NCBI RefSeq assembly: GCF_963921235.1
Contig: NC_086098.1
Coordinates: 5,704,001-5,768,000 of the forward strand
Direction: 5' to 3'
DNA length: 64,000 nucleotides
Source of the DNA: Mobula hypostoma
Taxonomy: Eukaryota
Positions 50,172 through 62,870 of the stretch are shown piece after piece. A program made the translations under genes and the position numbers. Numbering within the stretch: position 1 is the first letter of the stretch; the number at the start of each line of letters is the position of its first letter. The notes beneath the pieces were generated by a model. The model saw only the letters and a program-made list of their open reading frames with translations. It was not told the origin of the DNA and ran no database searches.

Positions 50172-52760
50172 TTTGGGTTGTACTTGAATCCAAGGGGACC
50201 AATAGTCTTGTGGGCAGGTTTACTAGAGCTGTTGGGAGTGGTTTAAACTAATATGGCAGGAGGATGGGGACTAGTATAATAGAGCTGAGGATGAGCCAGC
50301 AGGTTTACAAATAGATGATGAGTGTCATATGAATGTAAGGAAGGACAAGCCGATGATTGGGTACAAATGCAGTCAGAGCAAAGAGTTAACTTGTACCACA
50401 GAGGCAAAATTTGAAAGGATGAAGAATGCAAGACTGAAAGTGCTGTATTTAAATGCGTGTAGCGTTTGGAATAAGGTGGATGAGCTCAGTGACGCAATTA
50501 GAGATTGGTCGGTATGACGTTGCGGGCATCACTGAGTCGTGGCTGAAAGACGGCCATAGTTGGGAGCTTAACATCAAAGGATATTCTTTGTGTTGAAAGG
50601 ACAGGTAGGAATGCATGGGCAGTGGTGTGGTTCTGTTGGTAACAGATGGAATAATATCTTTAGAAAGAGGTGACAAAGGGTCAGAGAATATTGAATCTTT
50701 GTGGATGGGGTTAAGAAACTGCAAGGGTAAAAAATCATTATGGGAATCATATATATGCCTCCAAAGAGTAGCCAAGATGTGGGGTTGAGATTGCAAAGGG
50801 AGCTGGAAAGAGCACGTAATAAGAGTAATGTCACAATTGTAATGGGGGACTTCAATATACAAAGGGATTGTGAAATAAGGTTGGTGTGGGATCACAAGAG
50901 AGGGAATTTGTTGAATACTACAAGAAGGGATTTTAGAGCAGCTTGTGCTTGAGTGTACTTGGGGAAAGGCTATCTTGATTAAATGTTGTGTAAAAACCCT
51001 GATCTTATTAGGGAGCTTAACATGAAGGAACCCTGAGGAGACAGTGACCACAATATGATTGAATTCATACTGTAATTTGAGAGGAGAAGCGTAAATTACA
51101 TGTATCAGTATTGCAATGGAATAAAGGGAATTACAGAGACATGAGAGAGGAGTTTGCCCAAGTGGATTGGAGGAGGATACTGTCAGGGATGACGGCAGAG
51201 CAGAGATGGCTGAAGTTTCTGGGAATAGTTCACAAGGCACAGGATAGATATGTCCCACAAAATAAGTTTTCAAATGGCAGGGGTAGGAAACGATGGCTGA
51301 CAAGGGAAGTTAAAGACTGCATAAAAGCCAAGGATAGGGCACACCAGGTAGCAAAAGTGAGTGGGAAGTTAGATGATGGGGAAGTTGTTAAAATCCAACA
51401 AAAGTTAACTAAAAAAGCTACAAGAAGGAAAAAGATAAAATATGAGGGCAAACTAGCCAATGATATAAAACAGGATACAAAGATGTATTAAGAGTAAAAG
51501 GGAGGTGAGAGTTGATATTGGGCCACTAGAAAATGATGCTGGTGCGGTAGTAATGGGGGACAAAGAGAAAGCAGATGGGTACCTTGTCTACACTGTGGAA
51601 GATACTAGCATTGTGCCAGATACCCGTGAGTGTCAGGGAGCAGGAGTGAGTGCCATTGCTATTACAAAGGAAAAAAGTGCAAGGAAAACTCAAAGGTTTT
51701 AAGGTGGATAAGTCACCTGGACTAGATGGACTACACCCCAGAGTCCTTCGAGTGTTTGCTGAAATTAACAGATGCATTGGTCATGATCTTTCAAGAATCA
51801 CTTGATTCTGGCATGGTCCCAGAGGACTGGAAAATTGCAAATGTCACTCCACTGTTTAAGAAGGGAAGAAGACAAAAGAAATGAAATTATAGGCCGGATA
51901 GCCTAACCTCAGTGGTTGAGAAATTGTTGGAATCTATTATTAAGGATGATATTTTGGGGTACTTGGAGACTAATGATAAAATAAGTCAAAGTCAGCATGG
52001 TTTCTGTAAAGGGAAAGCTTGCCTGACAAATCTGTTAGAGTTCTTCAAGGAAGTAACATGCAGGGTGGACAAAGGAGAAGCAGTTGATGTCATTTAATTG
52101 GATTTTCAGAAGGCATTTGATAAGGTACCACACATAGGCTGCTTAACAAGATAAAATCCAATGGTGTTACAGGAAAGATTCTGGTGTGGATAGCGGAATG
52201 GCTGACAGGCAGGAGGCAGTGAGTATTGTCAACAGTTTTGGGCCCCATATCTCAGAAAGGATGTGTTGTCATTTGAGAGAGTCTAGAGGAGGTTCACGAA
52301 AATGATTCTGGGAATGAAGGGTTAACATATGAGAAACATTTGGCAGCTTTAGGCCTGTACTCACTGGAATTCAGAAGTTGTGCGGATCTCATTGAAACCT
52401 ATCAAGTGTTGAAAGGACTAGGCAAATGGGCATTGGAGAGGATATTTCCTCGGGGGTGAGTATCCAGAAGTAAAGCGCACAGCCTCAGAATTGAGGGCAA
52501 CCTTTTAGAACAGAGTTAAGGAGAATTATTTTTTTAGCCTGAGAGTAACGTATCTGTGGAGTACTCTGACACAGTCTATGGTGGAGGCCAAGTGCGTGGG
52601 TATATATAAGGTGGAAGTTGATAGTTTCCTGATTGGTCAGGGAATCACAGGATATAGCGAGAAGGCAGGTGTGTGGGGTTGAGTGGGATCCAGGATTGGT
52701 GGAGCAGACTCAATTGGCTGAAAGACCTAATTCTGATCCTGTGTCTTATGGTCTTATGAT
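50172..52760 (+). mobile_element. CR1 LINE (end of ORF1, ORF2, 3' tail), decayed, with an internal deletion near 52225
   Basis: YLNACSVWNK, IVMGDFN, WNKGNY and SQHGFCKGKACLTNL. Tail TCTTATGGTCTTATG. Confidence 0.9.
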
Positions 52761-52864
52761 AATGTGTCTGATGTCATCTGGTGTACAATGCCCATGTCTG
52801 CAATTACAAACACAAAGCTGATGTTCAAGACGTAACTGGAGACCACAGATTATATCTTACTGAA

Positions 52865-53225
52865 TATAAAATGAAGAACATCACTGCACAAGACAGACAC
52901 TTTGGCTCATCATGTTGCTCCTAGATCGATCTAACCCTCCCCTTCCCCATAGCCATCCATTTTTCCTTCATCCATGTACCTATTGAAGTCTCTTGAACGT
53001 TCTAATGTATCTGCCTCTACCATCATCCCTGACAAGGTGTTCCATGCACCCACAACCTCTGATATCCCTCCTATACATTCCTCCAATCACCTTAAAATGA
53101 TGCCCCCTTATATTTGTCAGTTCTGATCTGGGAAAATGCCTCCGACTGTCCACTCGATGTATGCCTTTTACAGTATTGTACACCTCTATCAAGTCAACTC
53201 TCATCTTCTTTTACTCCAGAAGGTA
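52865..53225 (-). mobile_element. CR1 3' fragment
   Basis: ORF 52980-53204: MRVDLIEVY...RGHHFKVIG. Confidence 0.75.
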
Positions 53226-54217
53226 AGACCTTATGAAGGGTCTTAGCACAAACTGTTGACTGTTTGCTTCCGTCCATAGAAGCTGCCTGAATGCTGAGGC
53301 CCCCCGATGAGCATAATGCTACCAAAATACCAATGATCAACCACCAGGTTTTGATTCCCATCGCTGCCTGAAAGGAGTTTATCTGTCCTCCCCATGTCTA
53401 CATAGGTTTTGCTAGATGCTCCCATTCTGACATCCCAAAGATTTACGGCTTGGATAGTAGGTTGTGGGCATGTTGTGTTGACATCAGAAGCGTGGCTACA
53501 ATCTCGGGCTGCCTGAACACAACCGTTGTTGATGTGATTTGATGCAAATGAAACATTCACTGTATGTTTTCATATGTCGATGTAAATTGTCAAATAAATC
53601 ACATCTCTTAATCACTCATCAGTCAGTGCACAGGAAACAAATTCATATGAACACCATTACTTGCTGATCCACTCCAAGTTACCCTAACTTGGAAACATAT
53701 CATGTGTCTTTCCTCATTTTCTGGAACTCCTTGGTTGATAGTCCTGCAAGAGTATCATCACCAGAAGGGTTATAATCATTCAAATATGCAGCTCATTACA
53801 ATCATCTCCAGGACTGTTGTGGATAGGCAGTAAATGCCAGTCAATATAGAAATCTCAGAAATGAATCTAAAAACAATCAACACCATCTGTTTGGATCACT
53901 AAAAATTGGCAAACTCCAATTTCTAGGAAAAAGATGTTTCACTGAAAAAGATGGAATTATAGAATACTTCCATTTTCTGGAAAAGTCAGAAACCACTGTT
54001 AACTCAGTTTTGGATTACATTTTCTCATGGCCTTGGAACTTACAACTTGTGGTACATCAGTCATAAGAATCTGTTGGCATCAAAATATAAGCAAACACTG
54101 ACATTTTTCAGTGATTTTTTTGGCTCCAAATAAGACATAAGGACTTGAATTGGATTTTAAACAATTTCAAAGGTAACCAACTTTCAAAGGGGTAAGTTCA
54201 AGAGAGATGCTAAGGTA

Positions 54218-54655
54218 GGACCATTAAGATCATATTAGATATAGGAGCAGAATTAGGCCATTTGGCCCATTGAGTTTGCTCCACCATTTCATTATGGCTG
54301 ATCCAAAGTTCCTCTCAGTCCCAGCCTTCTCCCTGTATCCCTTTAGTTCCTGATCAATCAAGAATCTATCAAACTCTGCCTTAAATATGCACAAAGCCTT
54401 GGCCTTCACAGCTACAAAGAATTCCACAGATTCACAACTCTATGGCTCTAGAAATTCCTGCTCATCTCTGTTTTAAAAAGACACCCTTCTACTCTGAGGC
54501 TGTGTCCTCTGCTCTTAGGCTCTCCCAACATGGGAAACATCCTCTCTACATCCACCATTCAGTAGATTTCAATGAGGTCACCCCTAAATCTTCTGAATTC
54601 CAGTGAATACAGGCCCAGGGCCATCAAACACTCTTCATTTGACAAACCATTCAGT
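54218..54655 (-). mobile_element. CR1 3' fragment
   Basis: IFKAEFDRFL..ELKGY and the tail ATAGGAGCAGAATTAGGCC. Confidence 0.8.
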
Positions 54656-54985
54656 CCTGACAGTATCCAAAGTGGTATACCTGTTGTTGATGGGGATGGC
54701 CACAGGGGTACTCTACACTGGGTCCTTAACCTCTTTCCCCTTCCTGACTATCACCCAGTCTCCTGAGTCCTGCACCTTGATTGTAACTTCCTCTCTATAT
54801 GTCCATCACCCATTCAGCCTCCCGAATGATCCAGATTCATCCAATTACAGCTCCAGCTCCTTAATGTCAATTGTTAGACGCTGCAGCTGGATGCACTTCT
54901 CCCTGTTGTGGTTGTCAGGGGCTCTGGAGATCTCGCTGCCTTCCTACATCCCACAAGAGGAGTATTCAGCTATACTTCCTGGCAT
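54656..54985 (-). mobile_element. CR1 ORF1 N-terminal (zinc finger/leucine zipper) remnant
   Basis: The minus strand reads SSCGM...PD...EKCIQLQRL...IKELEL, typical of the start of CR1 ORF1. Confidence 0.6.
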
Positions 54986-56366
54986 CTCTACTGTCCTAGC
55001 TGGGCAAATATAAAGAAAGGAAGGAAAAATAAAACTTAACCAAGAGCTTTTCTTTTCTGTTCTTTTGCTTTCACTGATTGAAGCCTTTCTTCATGGAAGC
55101 CTTGAAGAGCTAAAGCCTCAAGACCCCTTCCACTGCTGCTGTGTTTGCCTTCTTTAATTTGGTCTTGCTAATCAATCGCAAATGCCGATTTTGTATTCGG
55201 CAGTAGACCTGATTGAAGTCCCCTCTCTCAAAATTATTTGATGTCCAGATAGATGGCTGATCAAAGCCCTTTTTTGCTATAGCGACCCCGCTGTTCCCTT
55301 TGTACTCAGCAGTGAACCTGATTGAGGTCCCCTCCTCTCAAAACTTCCAATGTCCAGATTGGCAGCTGTTTTAGACTCTTTAAGTGGTGACTCTAAGCAT
55401 GCAGCTCCAATGGGAATTATCAAGTATTCCTGTTCAGGTCTACAACAGCTGAAATCCAGTCACACCCATGGTTACTTCAGTAAGCGGCATTGTTTTAAGA
55501 CATTTAAAAAATCAAATGATTCTCAAAATCGACAGACCCAGACTGCAGGCTTGGGTCATGAGTTCAGCTCCCCTCGAGGAAAGAGGAAGCAGGAATGCTA
55601 CGCCGGTCTACGGCTACGATTGAACCATAGAGGCCTTTGATGTCGACTCTCAGCTATCCTGCAGGAGAATGACATTGAAAATCTCAGAGCAAGGTTGCTG
55701 TACCAGATGGACATCAGAGACTGCTGTGCAATTTGCTTCATGGAAATGTGGCTCACCCTGCCATTTCAGATGCAGCATTGCAACTCGATGGCTTAATTAT
55801 TCTTCACAAAGACAGGACAGCTCAGTCTTTTAAAGGAAGAGGAGGTGCAGTATGCTTTTTGATTAACTCTTCGTGGTGCACAGACATGGTTGTTCTGTCT
55901 CAGTCCTGCTCAACTGACCTGAAACATCTTGTATTCAAATGTCATTCATTGTATCTGTCTATTGAGTTTTCCACTATCTCCACCATCGTGGTAGCGGTGT
56001 ACATGCCGTCTCAGGCTAACATCAGGCAGGTGCCGGAGGATCTGAGCACCATAATCAGCAGACAGGAAACAACATACTTTCCCTATCGGTGCAGGAGATT
56101 TCAAACAGACCAGCTTGAAAAAGTGAACTATTGCCACTAACTTATCACGTGTGGAACCAGGAGGGCCAACACACTTGGCCACCATTATACTACCATCAAG
56201 AATGCTATCCCTAACTCACACTTTGGAAATTCCGATCACCTGGCTGTTCATCTACTCCTAAGTAAGGGAAGAGACTAAAGACCATAGCACCAGTGATGAG
56301 GATCAAGCAGGTATGATCAAGGGAGGTGGAGGAGCATTACAGGACTGCTTTGAGTTGGTATTCTGG

Positions 56367-56938
56367 GGGTGTATGGGGTGTCAGGGAGGGGTAGCACCTC
56401 TGGTGGGGGAACATGTCGCGTCCTTTTCAAGGCGGTTAGTCCACCTTTGGTCCCCACCTGGCACTCAGCTCTCACCTGTGGCTCCCCGTAGCTGTTTGCA
56501 TGCGACAGCGGCCACATCCCGGGCAACGGCTTCGACAAGCCGGCTAAACCAGGTGAGGGTAGCCGACGGGGGGGGGGGGGTCTCAAACCCTCGGTGAGAT
56601 AGGGAGTTGTCTATCCCAGCATGTGAAGACAGACTCCGGTGGATTGAGTGAACGAGACCAATGGAAGGTTCAAAGATCAAGAAGGCGGTCTCTGCAAGCG
56701 TCGTGGAACGTGTAGAGCAGGGCAAGACACAGAAGACGTCCTGGTCATCCGCTGCGCCTAGTCCCATCTCCAGCCGTCTAGACTTTGTCTTGCCACTGGA
56801 TCCAGATGGGAATTGGGAAGAGAGAGTGAGGCTGATGCTGCGCAACTCTCCCTCACTTAAATCCAAATCACGCGCTAGTCTCGACACCATCATAATGATG
56901 TCGAGGTCCTCATCGACGTCAATGATGGACGAACAAGC
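56367..56938 (+). mobile_element. Non-autonomous RTE-derived element (family C), CpG-rich and apparently young
   Basis: TSD ATTCTGG at 56360-56366 and 56939-56945. RTE-type 3' end ...CATCGACGTCAATGATGGACGAACAAG. Confidence 0.8.
56375..56557 (+). ncRNA. HDV-like self-cleaving ribozyme candidate
   Basis: P1 GGGGTGT/ACATCCC; P2 CTCACCTG/CAGGTGAG; P3 GGC/GCC; P1.1 CC/GG; P4 CGGCTT/AAGCCG; J4/2 GCTAA. Confidence 0.7.
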
Positions 56939-58444
56939 ATTCTGGATAATATTCAGGGATTCATCTTCAAGTCCAAATGCATACACCACAGTTGTCATCG
57001 ATATTATCAAGACCTGCGTGAATGAGTGCGTGCCTTTGAGAACATATGGACAAAGCCAAACCAAATGCTATGGATGAACTAGGAGATTCATCGTCTGCTG
57101 AAGGCCAGATCCGTGGCATTCAAGACCAGTGATTTAGAACTATACAAGAAGTCCAGGTACAATGTATGAAAGGCTATTTTAAGGGCACAGAAATAATTCC
57201 ATTTGAGGTACAGACAGAATTGGATGCTCATCAGTTCCGGTAGGGTTTGTAGGCCATTACTTCCTACCAAGAGAAACCTAACATCATGAATGGCTGTAGT
57301 AGGTTCAATGCCCTTTATGCACACTTTGAAAGGGAGAATAAGACTACAACTGAAGAATCTGGTGACCCTGTGATCTCCGTCTCAGAGGCTGACATCAATT
57401 GAAGAGGGTGAACACTCGTTAGGGGTCAGGACCTGATGATGTTACCTAGGAGGGCTCTTAAAACCTGTGCCAACCAACTAGCAGGAGTATTCAAGGACAT
57501 TTTCAATCTCTCACTGCTGCATTCGAAGTTCCCCACCTGCTTCAAAAGTATGCCAATCATACCAATGCCCAAGAAGAGCACTGTCCAGTGGTACTCACAT
57601 CTACAGTGAGGAACTGTTTTGAGAGGTTGTTCATGGCTAGAATCAACTCCTGTCTCAGCAAAGACCTGGACTCACTGTAATTTGCCTATCACCACGATAT
57701 GTCTACAGTGGATGCAGTCCCACTGGCTTGCCACTCGACCTTGGATCCCCTAGACAATAGTAACACCTATATCAGGTTGCTGTTTACTAATTACAACTCA
57801 GTGTTCAACACAATCATACCCTCAATTATAATCAACAAGCTTCAAACCCTGGGTCTCTGTACCTCCCTCTGTAAATGGATCCTTGACTTCCTCACTGGGA
57901 GACCTCAGTCAGTGCAAATCAGAAATAACATCTCCTCCTCGCTGACGATTAACATTGGCACACCTCAAAGATGTGTGTTCAGCCCACTGTTCTGCTCTGT
58001 CTATACCTACGACTGTGTGGCTAGGCACAGCTCAAACACCCTCTATAAATTTGCCAACAACACAAATATCATGGGCAGTATTTCAGATGGTGCTGAGAAG
58101 GCGTACAGAAGCGAAATAGATCAGCTGGTTGTGTGGTGTCACAGCAACATTCTTGCACTCAATGTCAGCGAGACCAAGTAATTGATCATGGACTTTGGGA
58201 AGGGGAAGTTGAGGGAACACACCTGTCTTCATCGAAGGATCAGAAGTTGAAAGGGTGAGCAGTTTCAAGATCCTGGGTGTCAATATCCCTGAAAATCTAA
58301 CCTGGGTCCAACATATCAATACAATCACAAATAAGACATGACAGCGGCTATACTTCATTTGGAGTTTGAAAAGAATTGATATGTCACCAACGGCAGTCTC
58401 AAATTTCTACAGATGTACCATAGCAACCTAACCTTCTACTAGGA

Positions 58445-59410
58445 TTGCCTCTCTGACTAGAGGCTGTCACTAGTGGTGTGCCGGGGAGGGGTCGGTGCTG
58501 GGACCTTTATTGTTTGACATCTACAGTATATCAACAGTCTGGATGATAATATGGTTAACTGGATCAGCAAATTGGCAGATGACACCAAGATTGGGAGTGT
58601 GTGGACAGCAAGGAGACTATCAAAACTTGCAGTGGGATCAGTACCAGCTGGAAAAGTGAGCTGAAAAATAGCAGATGGAATTTAATGCATACAAATGTGA
58701 GGCGTTGTACTTTGGGAGGCAACCAAGGTCAGGGAACACGGATCCATAATTCTTTAAAAGTGGCATCACAGGTAGATAGGGTCATAATGAAAGGTTTTAG
58801 CACTTTGACCTTCATAGATCCAAGTACTGAGTACAGAAGAAGAGATGATATTGTGAAGTTGAATAAGATGTTGGTGAGATGTTTGCAGTACCATGTGCAG
58901 TTTTGGTCACCTACCTATAGGAAAGATGTAAATAAGGTTTAAAGAATACAGAGAAAATTTACAAGGATGTTGCCAATTCTGGAGGACCTGCATTATGAGG
59001 AAAGATTAAATAGGTTAGAACTTTATTCCCTAGAATGCAGAAGACTGAGGGGAGATTTGATAGAGGTATATAAAATCTTTAGGGTTATAAGCAGGCTTTT
59101 TCCCCTGAGGTAGGGTGGGACTACAACCAGAGGTCATGGATTAAGGGTGAAAGGTTAAACATTTAAGGGGAATATGAGGGGAAACTTCTTCACTCAGAAA
59201 GCCTTGAGAATGTGGAACGCATCTATGTGGTGGATGCGATTTTGATTTCAACATTTAAGAGGAGTTTAGATAGGTACATGGGTGGTAGGGGTATGGAGGG
59301 CTATGGTCTGGGTGCGGGGCAATGGGATAAGACAGTTTCAAAGATTTCGCATAGACTCGATGGGCTGAAGAGCCTGTTTGTGTGCTGCAGTTTTCTATGA
59401 CTCCGTGACT
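58445..59410 (+). mobile_element. CR1 RT 3' part, decayed
   Basis: VTSGVP.GSVLGP, KLADDTK and VQFWSPTYRKD remnants. Tail TTCTATGACTC. Confidence 0.85.
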
Positions 59411-59603
59411 CCATATTCATGAGAAGTAAAGGAGGGATTTACATTGCAGAATCCAGAACTAATAAAATATAAAAACCCCTTTGTCATTCTCACTAAGCAT
59501 TGATACTGAAACACAACTGTTTTTAAGCAGACTCTGCTCTGTAAATACTGAATAACGTGAATCTGGATGAAGTGATAAATCAGTGTGAAGGATGTCACGC
59601 TAG

Positions 59604-60183
59604 TGTAAGGGGTTTCTTCCTTTATGTTACTGCGTATGTTAATCAAAATGGCTTCTTTGTTATGTTAAGTGCTGATGAAGTCTCCAGCTAGCACTTTGTT
59701 TGGGTTATAATATAGATGAACCAATGGGTGTCCATGGTATTCTTTCTTGGGGTGATATTCTGTCTCATATGACTGGGAGCCGGGGTGTTTTGGCGGGGAG
59801 TTGGAGGAGAGACCGTGAGGACGACGGACGTGCAGGGACAGCTCAGGCTGAACACTCCGGGTCGTCCCGAGCTGCCAGTCGAAGGGGTCAGAGTGGTCCC
59901 GAAGAGGTCCCCGAGCTCCAACGTGTGCACCAAGAAATTGAACTTTGATAAGTCTGGTGCCTTTTCCATTCCTTTTTTAGTATCGAATTTCTATTAATCT
60001 CATACACTTAGTAATATCTATAAAGTGTAATTGGTAAAACGTACACTGTGTGCTGGCTGATGATTGATGTTTGAAGCTGAATCAGGTGGCAGTTGTACAG
60101 CAACCGACATCACCGGGAGACAAGGCGGGCGGCGGATGGGGTTTCCCCTAGATAAATACGAGCCAATACAGCTGAGCATTACA
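59604..60183. mobile_element. Solo LTR (580 bp)
   Basis: CTAG|TGTAA...TTACA|CTAG: inverted termini and a 4-bp TSD. It sits in the head of a SINE (59590-60480). Confidence 0.85.
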
Positions 60184-60480
60184 CTAGCATAGCAGTTAGT
60201 GCAACACTGTCACAGCTTGGGTCATTCCAGATTTCGGAGTTCAATTCTAGTGCCGTTATGTAAGGAGCTTGTACATTCCAATCTTGGAATGCGTGGGTGC
60301 TCCGTTTCCTCCCATAGACTAATGACTTACCAGTTAGTTGGTGAATTGGTCTTTGTAAATTGTACTGTGATTAGGCTGGATTAATTGGGTTTGTTGGGGG
60401 TTTGCAGGGCAGCGTGGCTCGAAGGCCCAGAGAGACTACCCCACATTATATCGCTAAATAAAAAATAAAATAATTGAAAA
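60184..60480 (+). mobile_element. HE1/V-SINE-like SINE
   Basis: GAGTTCAATTCT B-box, GGGTGCTCCGTTTCCTCCCA, and a (TAAA)n tail. Confidence 0.75.
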
Positions 60481-60797
60481 AATACTTACGGCAAGTTATA
60501 CAAGGTGATCCAGAGACAGGACTTCGACCTGTTCAATGTGCATATCTTTCTATCTTTCCCTTCATAGATTACTGACTCGGTCATTTGCATAAGGGATGAG
60601 AGTCAATATTCCTGGGGATTTTCCGATTTTGCAGATTGCTCAAGTAAGGTAATTAATTTTTTTTTAGAACCCTATTCAATCTTCGTTTGATTAGAATAAA
60701 ATGTTGAGACACAATACGTAGATCTAGTTTAATTCATCCATCCATCTGTAGATCTATTTTAATTCACCCATCCACAGAGAACCTGGTTATTCATGGC

Positions 60798-61565
60798 AGC
60801 ACATGCAAAATGCCAGAGGAAGTCAGCAGGCCAGGCAGCATCTGAAATGGAATAAACAGTTGATGTTTCAGGGTGACACCCTTCATCAGGACTGGAGAAA
60901 AAAAAAAGAGAAGATGGGAGGAGGGGAGGAAGTAGAGGTGGTAAGTAATAGGTGAAACCAGGAGAGGGGGAGGGGTGAAGTAAGGAGCTGGAAAGTTGAC
61001 TGGTGAAAGAGATAAAGAGCTGGAGAAGGGGGAATCTGCTAAGAGAGGATAGAAGACCATGGAAGAAAGGGAAGAGGGAGGAGCACCGGAGGGGAGGGAT
61101 GGGCAGGTCAGGAAAAAGGTGAGAGATGGAAACAGAAAGGGGAATGGTGAAAAGAGGGGGGACAGTTACTGGAAGTTTGGGATATCGATGTTCATCCCAT
61201 CAGGTTGGAGGCTGCCCAGATGGAATATAAGGTGTTGCTCCTCCAACCTGAATGTTGCCTCTTTGCTACGGGGAGATCACACCTTTCCTGGTGCTTGGTG
61301 AAGCAGTCTCCCAATCAACGTTGGGCCTCACCAATATATTGGACACCATACCAGGAGCACTGGATACAGTAGGTAACCCCAACAGACTTGCAGGTGAAGT
61401 GTTGCCACACCTGGAAGGACTATCTGGGGCCTGAATGGTAGTGAGGGAGGAGGTATAGTGCAGGTGTGGCACTTGCAAGGATAAGTACCAAGATGGAGAT
61501 CAGTGGGGAGGGATGAATGGACAAGAGAGTTGTACAGGGAGTGATCCCTGCAGAAAGCAGAAAAT
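60798..61565 (-). mobile_element. Penelope-like element 3' part (GIY-YIG + pseudo-LTR with hammerhead motif)
   Basis: GTYPCKCHTC, IYW/YIGE-like remnant. The minus strand at 60856-60894 reads AGTC-CTGATGA-AGGGT-GTC-ACCCT-GAAACATC-AACT. Confidence 0.8.
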
Positions 61566-62299
61566 ATGTCTCTCCCAGACATGCTGTATACCATCACATT
61601 GGAAACAGTTGTTAAGTACAGCAAATGCTGGAAATCGGAAATCAGAACAGAAAATATATTAGGAAAATGCAGTCTTTGCATCATTTTTTGAAAGAGAATC
61701 CATTTTCATCCTCCAGGTCTGGGACTCCCACCACCCAGGACATGTTCTCTTCTCACACCTGCCATCAGGAAGGAGTAACAGAAGCCTCAGGACTCACACC
61801 ACCAGGTTCAGGAACAGTTATTACCCTTCAACCATCAGGCTGTTGTCCTGGGTGGTGAGGATCCCTGATGATGGTCACTGCTTTTGTTGAAGGGCATTGA
61901 GCCAGCTGGTTAAGCAGCCCATCATTATACTTCACGATAGAAGTTTGTCAAAGTTTTAGATGTTTTAAAGTTTTAAAGTTGGTGCTAATTCACTTGCTCA
62001 GTGTTCTTTTGTCCTTTCTATATCTTGCAATCAATAGAAAATAAGACTGGGTGGGACGTGAACTGGTTTCCCACTCGTTCCTATCTGATGAATTGGGTGA
62101 CATCCAGTATGCCCAAATTAACTCTCAATGCATCTACAAACAGTAGGCACTCTATGTGGTCTGGACACCAACTGTATATTTATGATATGTACACCAGACT
62201 TGTCCTACTTAGTGTAACCAGGCTGCAGTTTTACAAGGTCATCGAAGCTTTATGCACTGTTTTAAGTTTGGCATAAATGGGTGTTAATGGAAAAAGATA

Positions 62300-62870
62300 T
62301 CCTCCATTTGTCAGGGTCCACCATGGATGTTGAGTCCTAGCTGTATATATGGTACACAAGCCAGGGAAATATGATACGGAGAGCAAGCTGTTGCCATGTA
62401 GCAGGATCTTCCTCTCCACGATGCTGTTGAGTCCAAAGGAACAGTAGGGACTGATATAGCTTAACACCAGCGGCTTCACAGAAGTTGCCAGTCAGAGTTG
62501 AACTTAATGTAGGACTGCCTTAGGGACTCCATCTTCAGATTTTTCCTTGTGGCTTAACACCTGAAGCTTTTCCTGTGAGTGGGTATAGTCATAAGGCAAT
62601 AGAGGCTTCAGATCAGAGTTTTCCTTCTCCTAGATGATCTGCCAACCTCAGCTGACGAGCCTCATCTGCCCTAAGTGACTGGTTTTAAGCTGCCAGCAAC
62701 CCACCTTTGCCTCTTTTCTGTCAGTAGTAATGGTTCTGCTGAGTTTGGTAACGAAGCCACATGTGAAGGCCAGGAGCTGAACTTGGTTGGCAGAGGCTAT
62801 TTGAGATGCACACTATTGGAAGTATTGAATAGTTCATGCATCTCTTATTCCCCCTACCACCCATGGCAAC
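62300..62870 (-). mobile_element. Non-autonomous RTE-related element (family D); partial inverted copy at 63345-63528
   Basis: The minus strand has GGCAGATCATCTAGGAGAAGGAAAACTCTGAT (RTE 5'UTR-type motif). 62381-62550 is the reverse complement of 63357-63528. Confidence 0.6.

Larger units (their letters stand above)
55400..58425 (+). mobile_element. Rex1/Babar LINE, long decayed copy (APE + RT)
   Basis: DRTAQSFKGRGGAVCFLINSSWC, VVAVYMP, GNSDH, YIRLLFTNYNSVFNTIIP, WILDFLTGRPQ, GTPQRCVFSPLF and KFANNT. Confidence 0.9.

Noticed and set aside
49737..50246. Pro/Leu/Ser-rich ORFs (also 44309-44734 and 48505-48889)
   Set aside because: Artefacts of pyrimidine-rich Penelope UTR tracts.
56465..57077. 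Overlapping 199-aa and 138-aa ORFs
   Set aside because: They span a GC-rich non-coding insertion and Rex1 flank, with no recognisable domain.
62700..62830. HDV/CPEB3-like motif GCC-TTCACATGT-GGC on the minus strand
   Set aside because: The L3-like sequence is suggestive, but no consistent P1 or P2 could be built in this copy.
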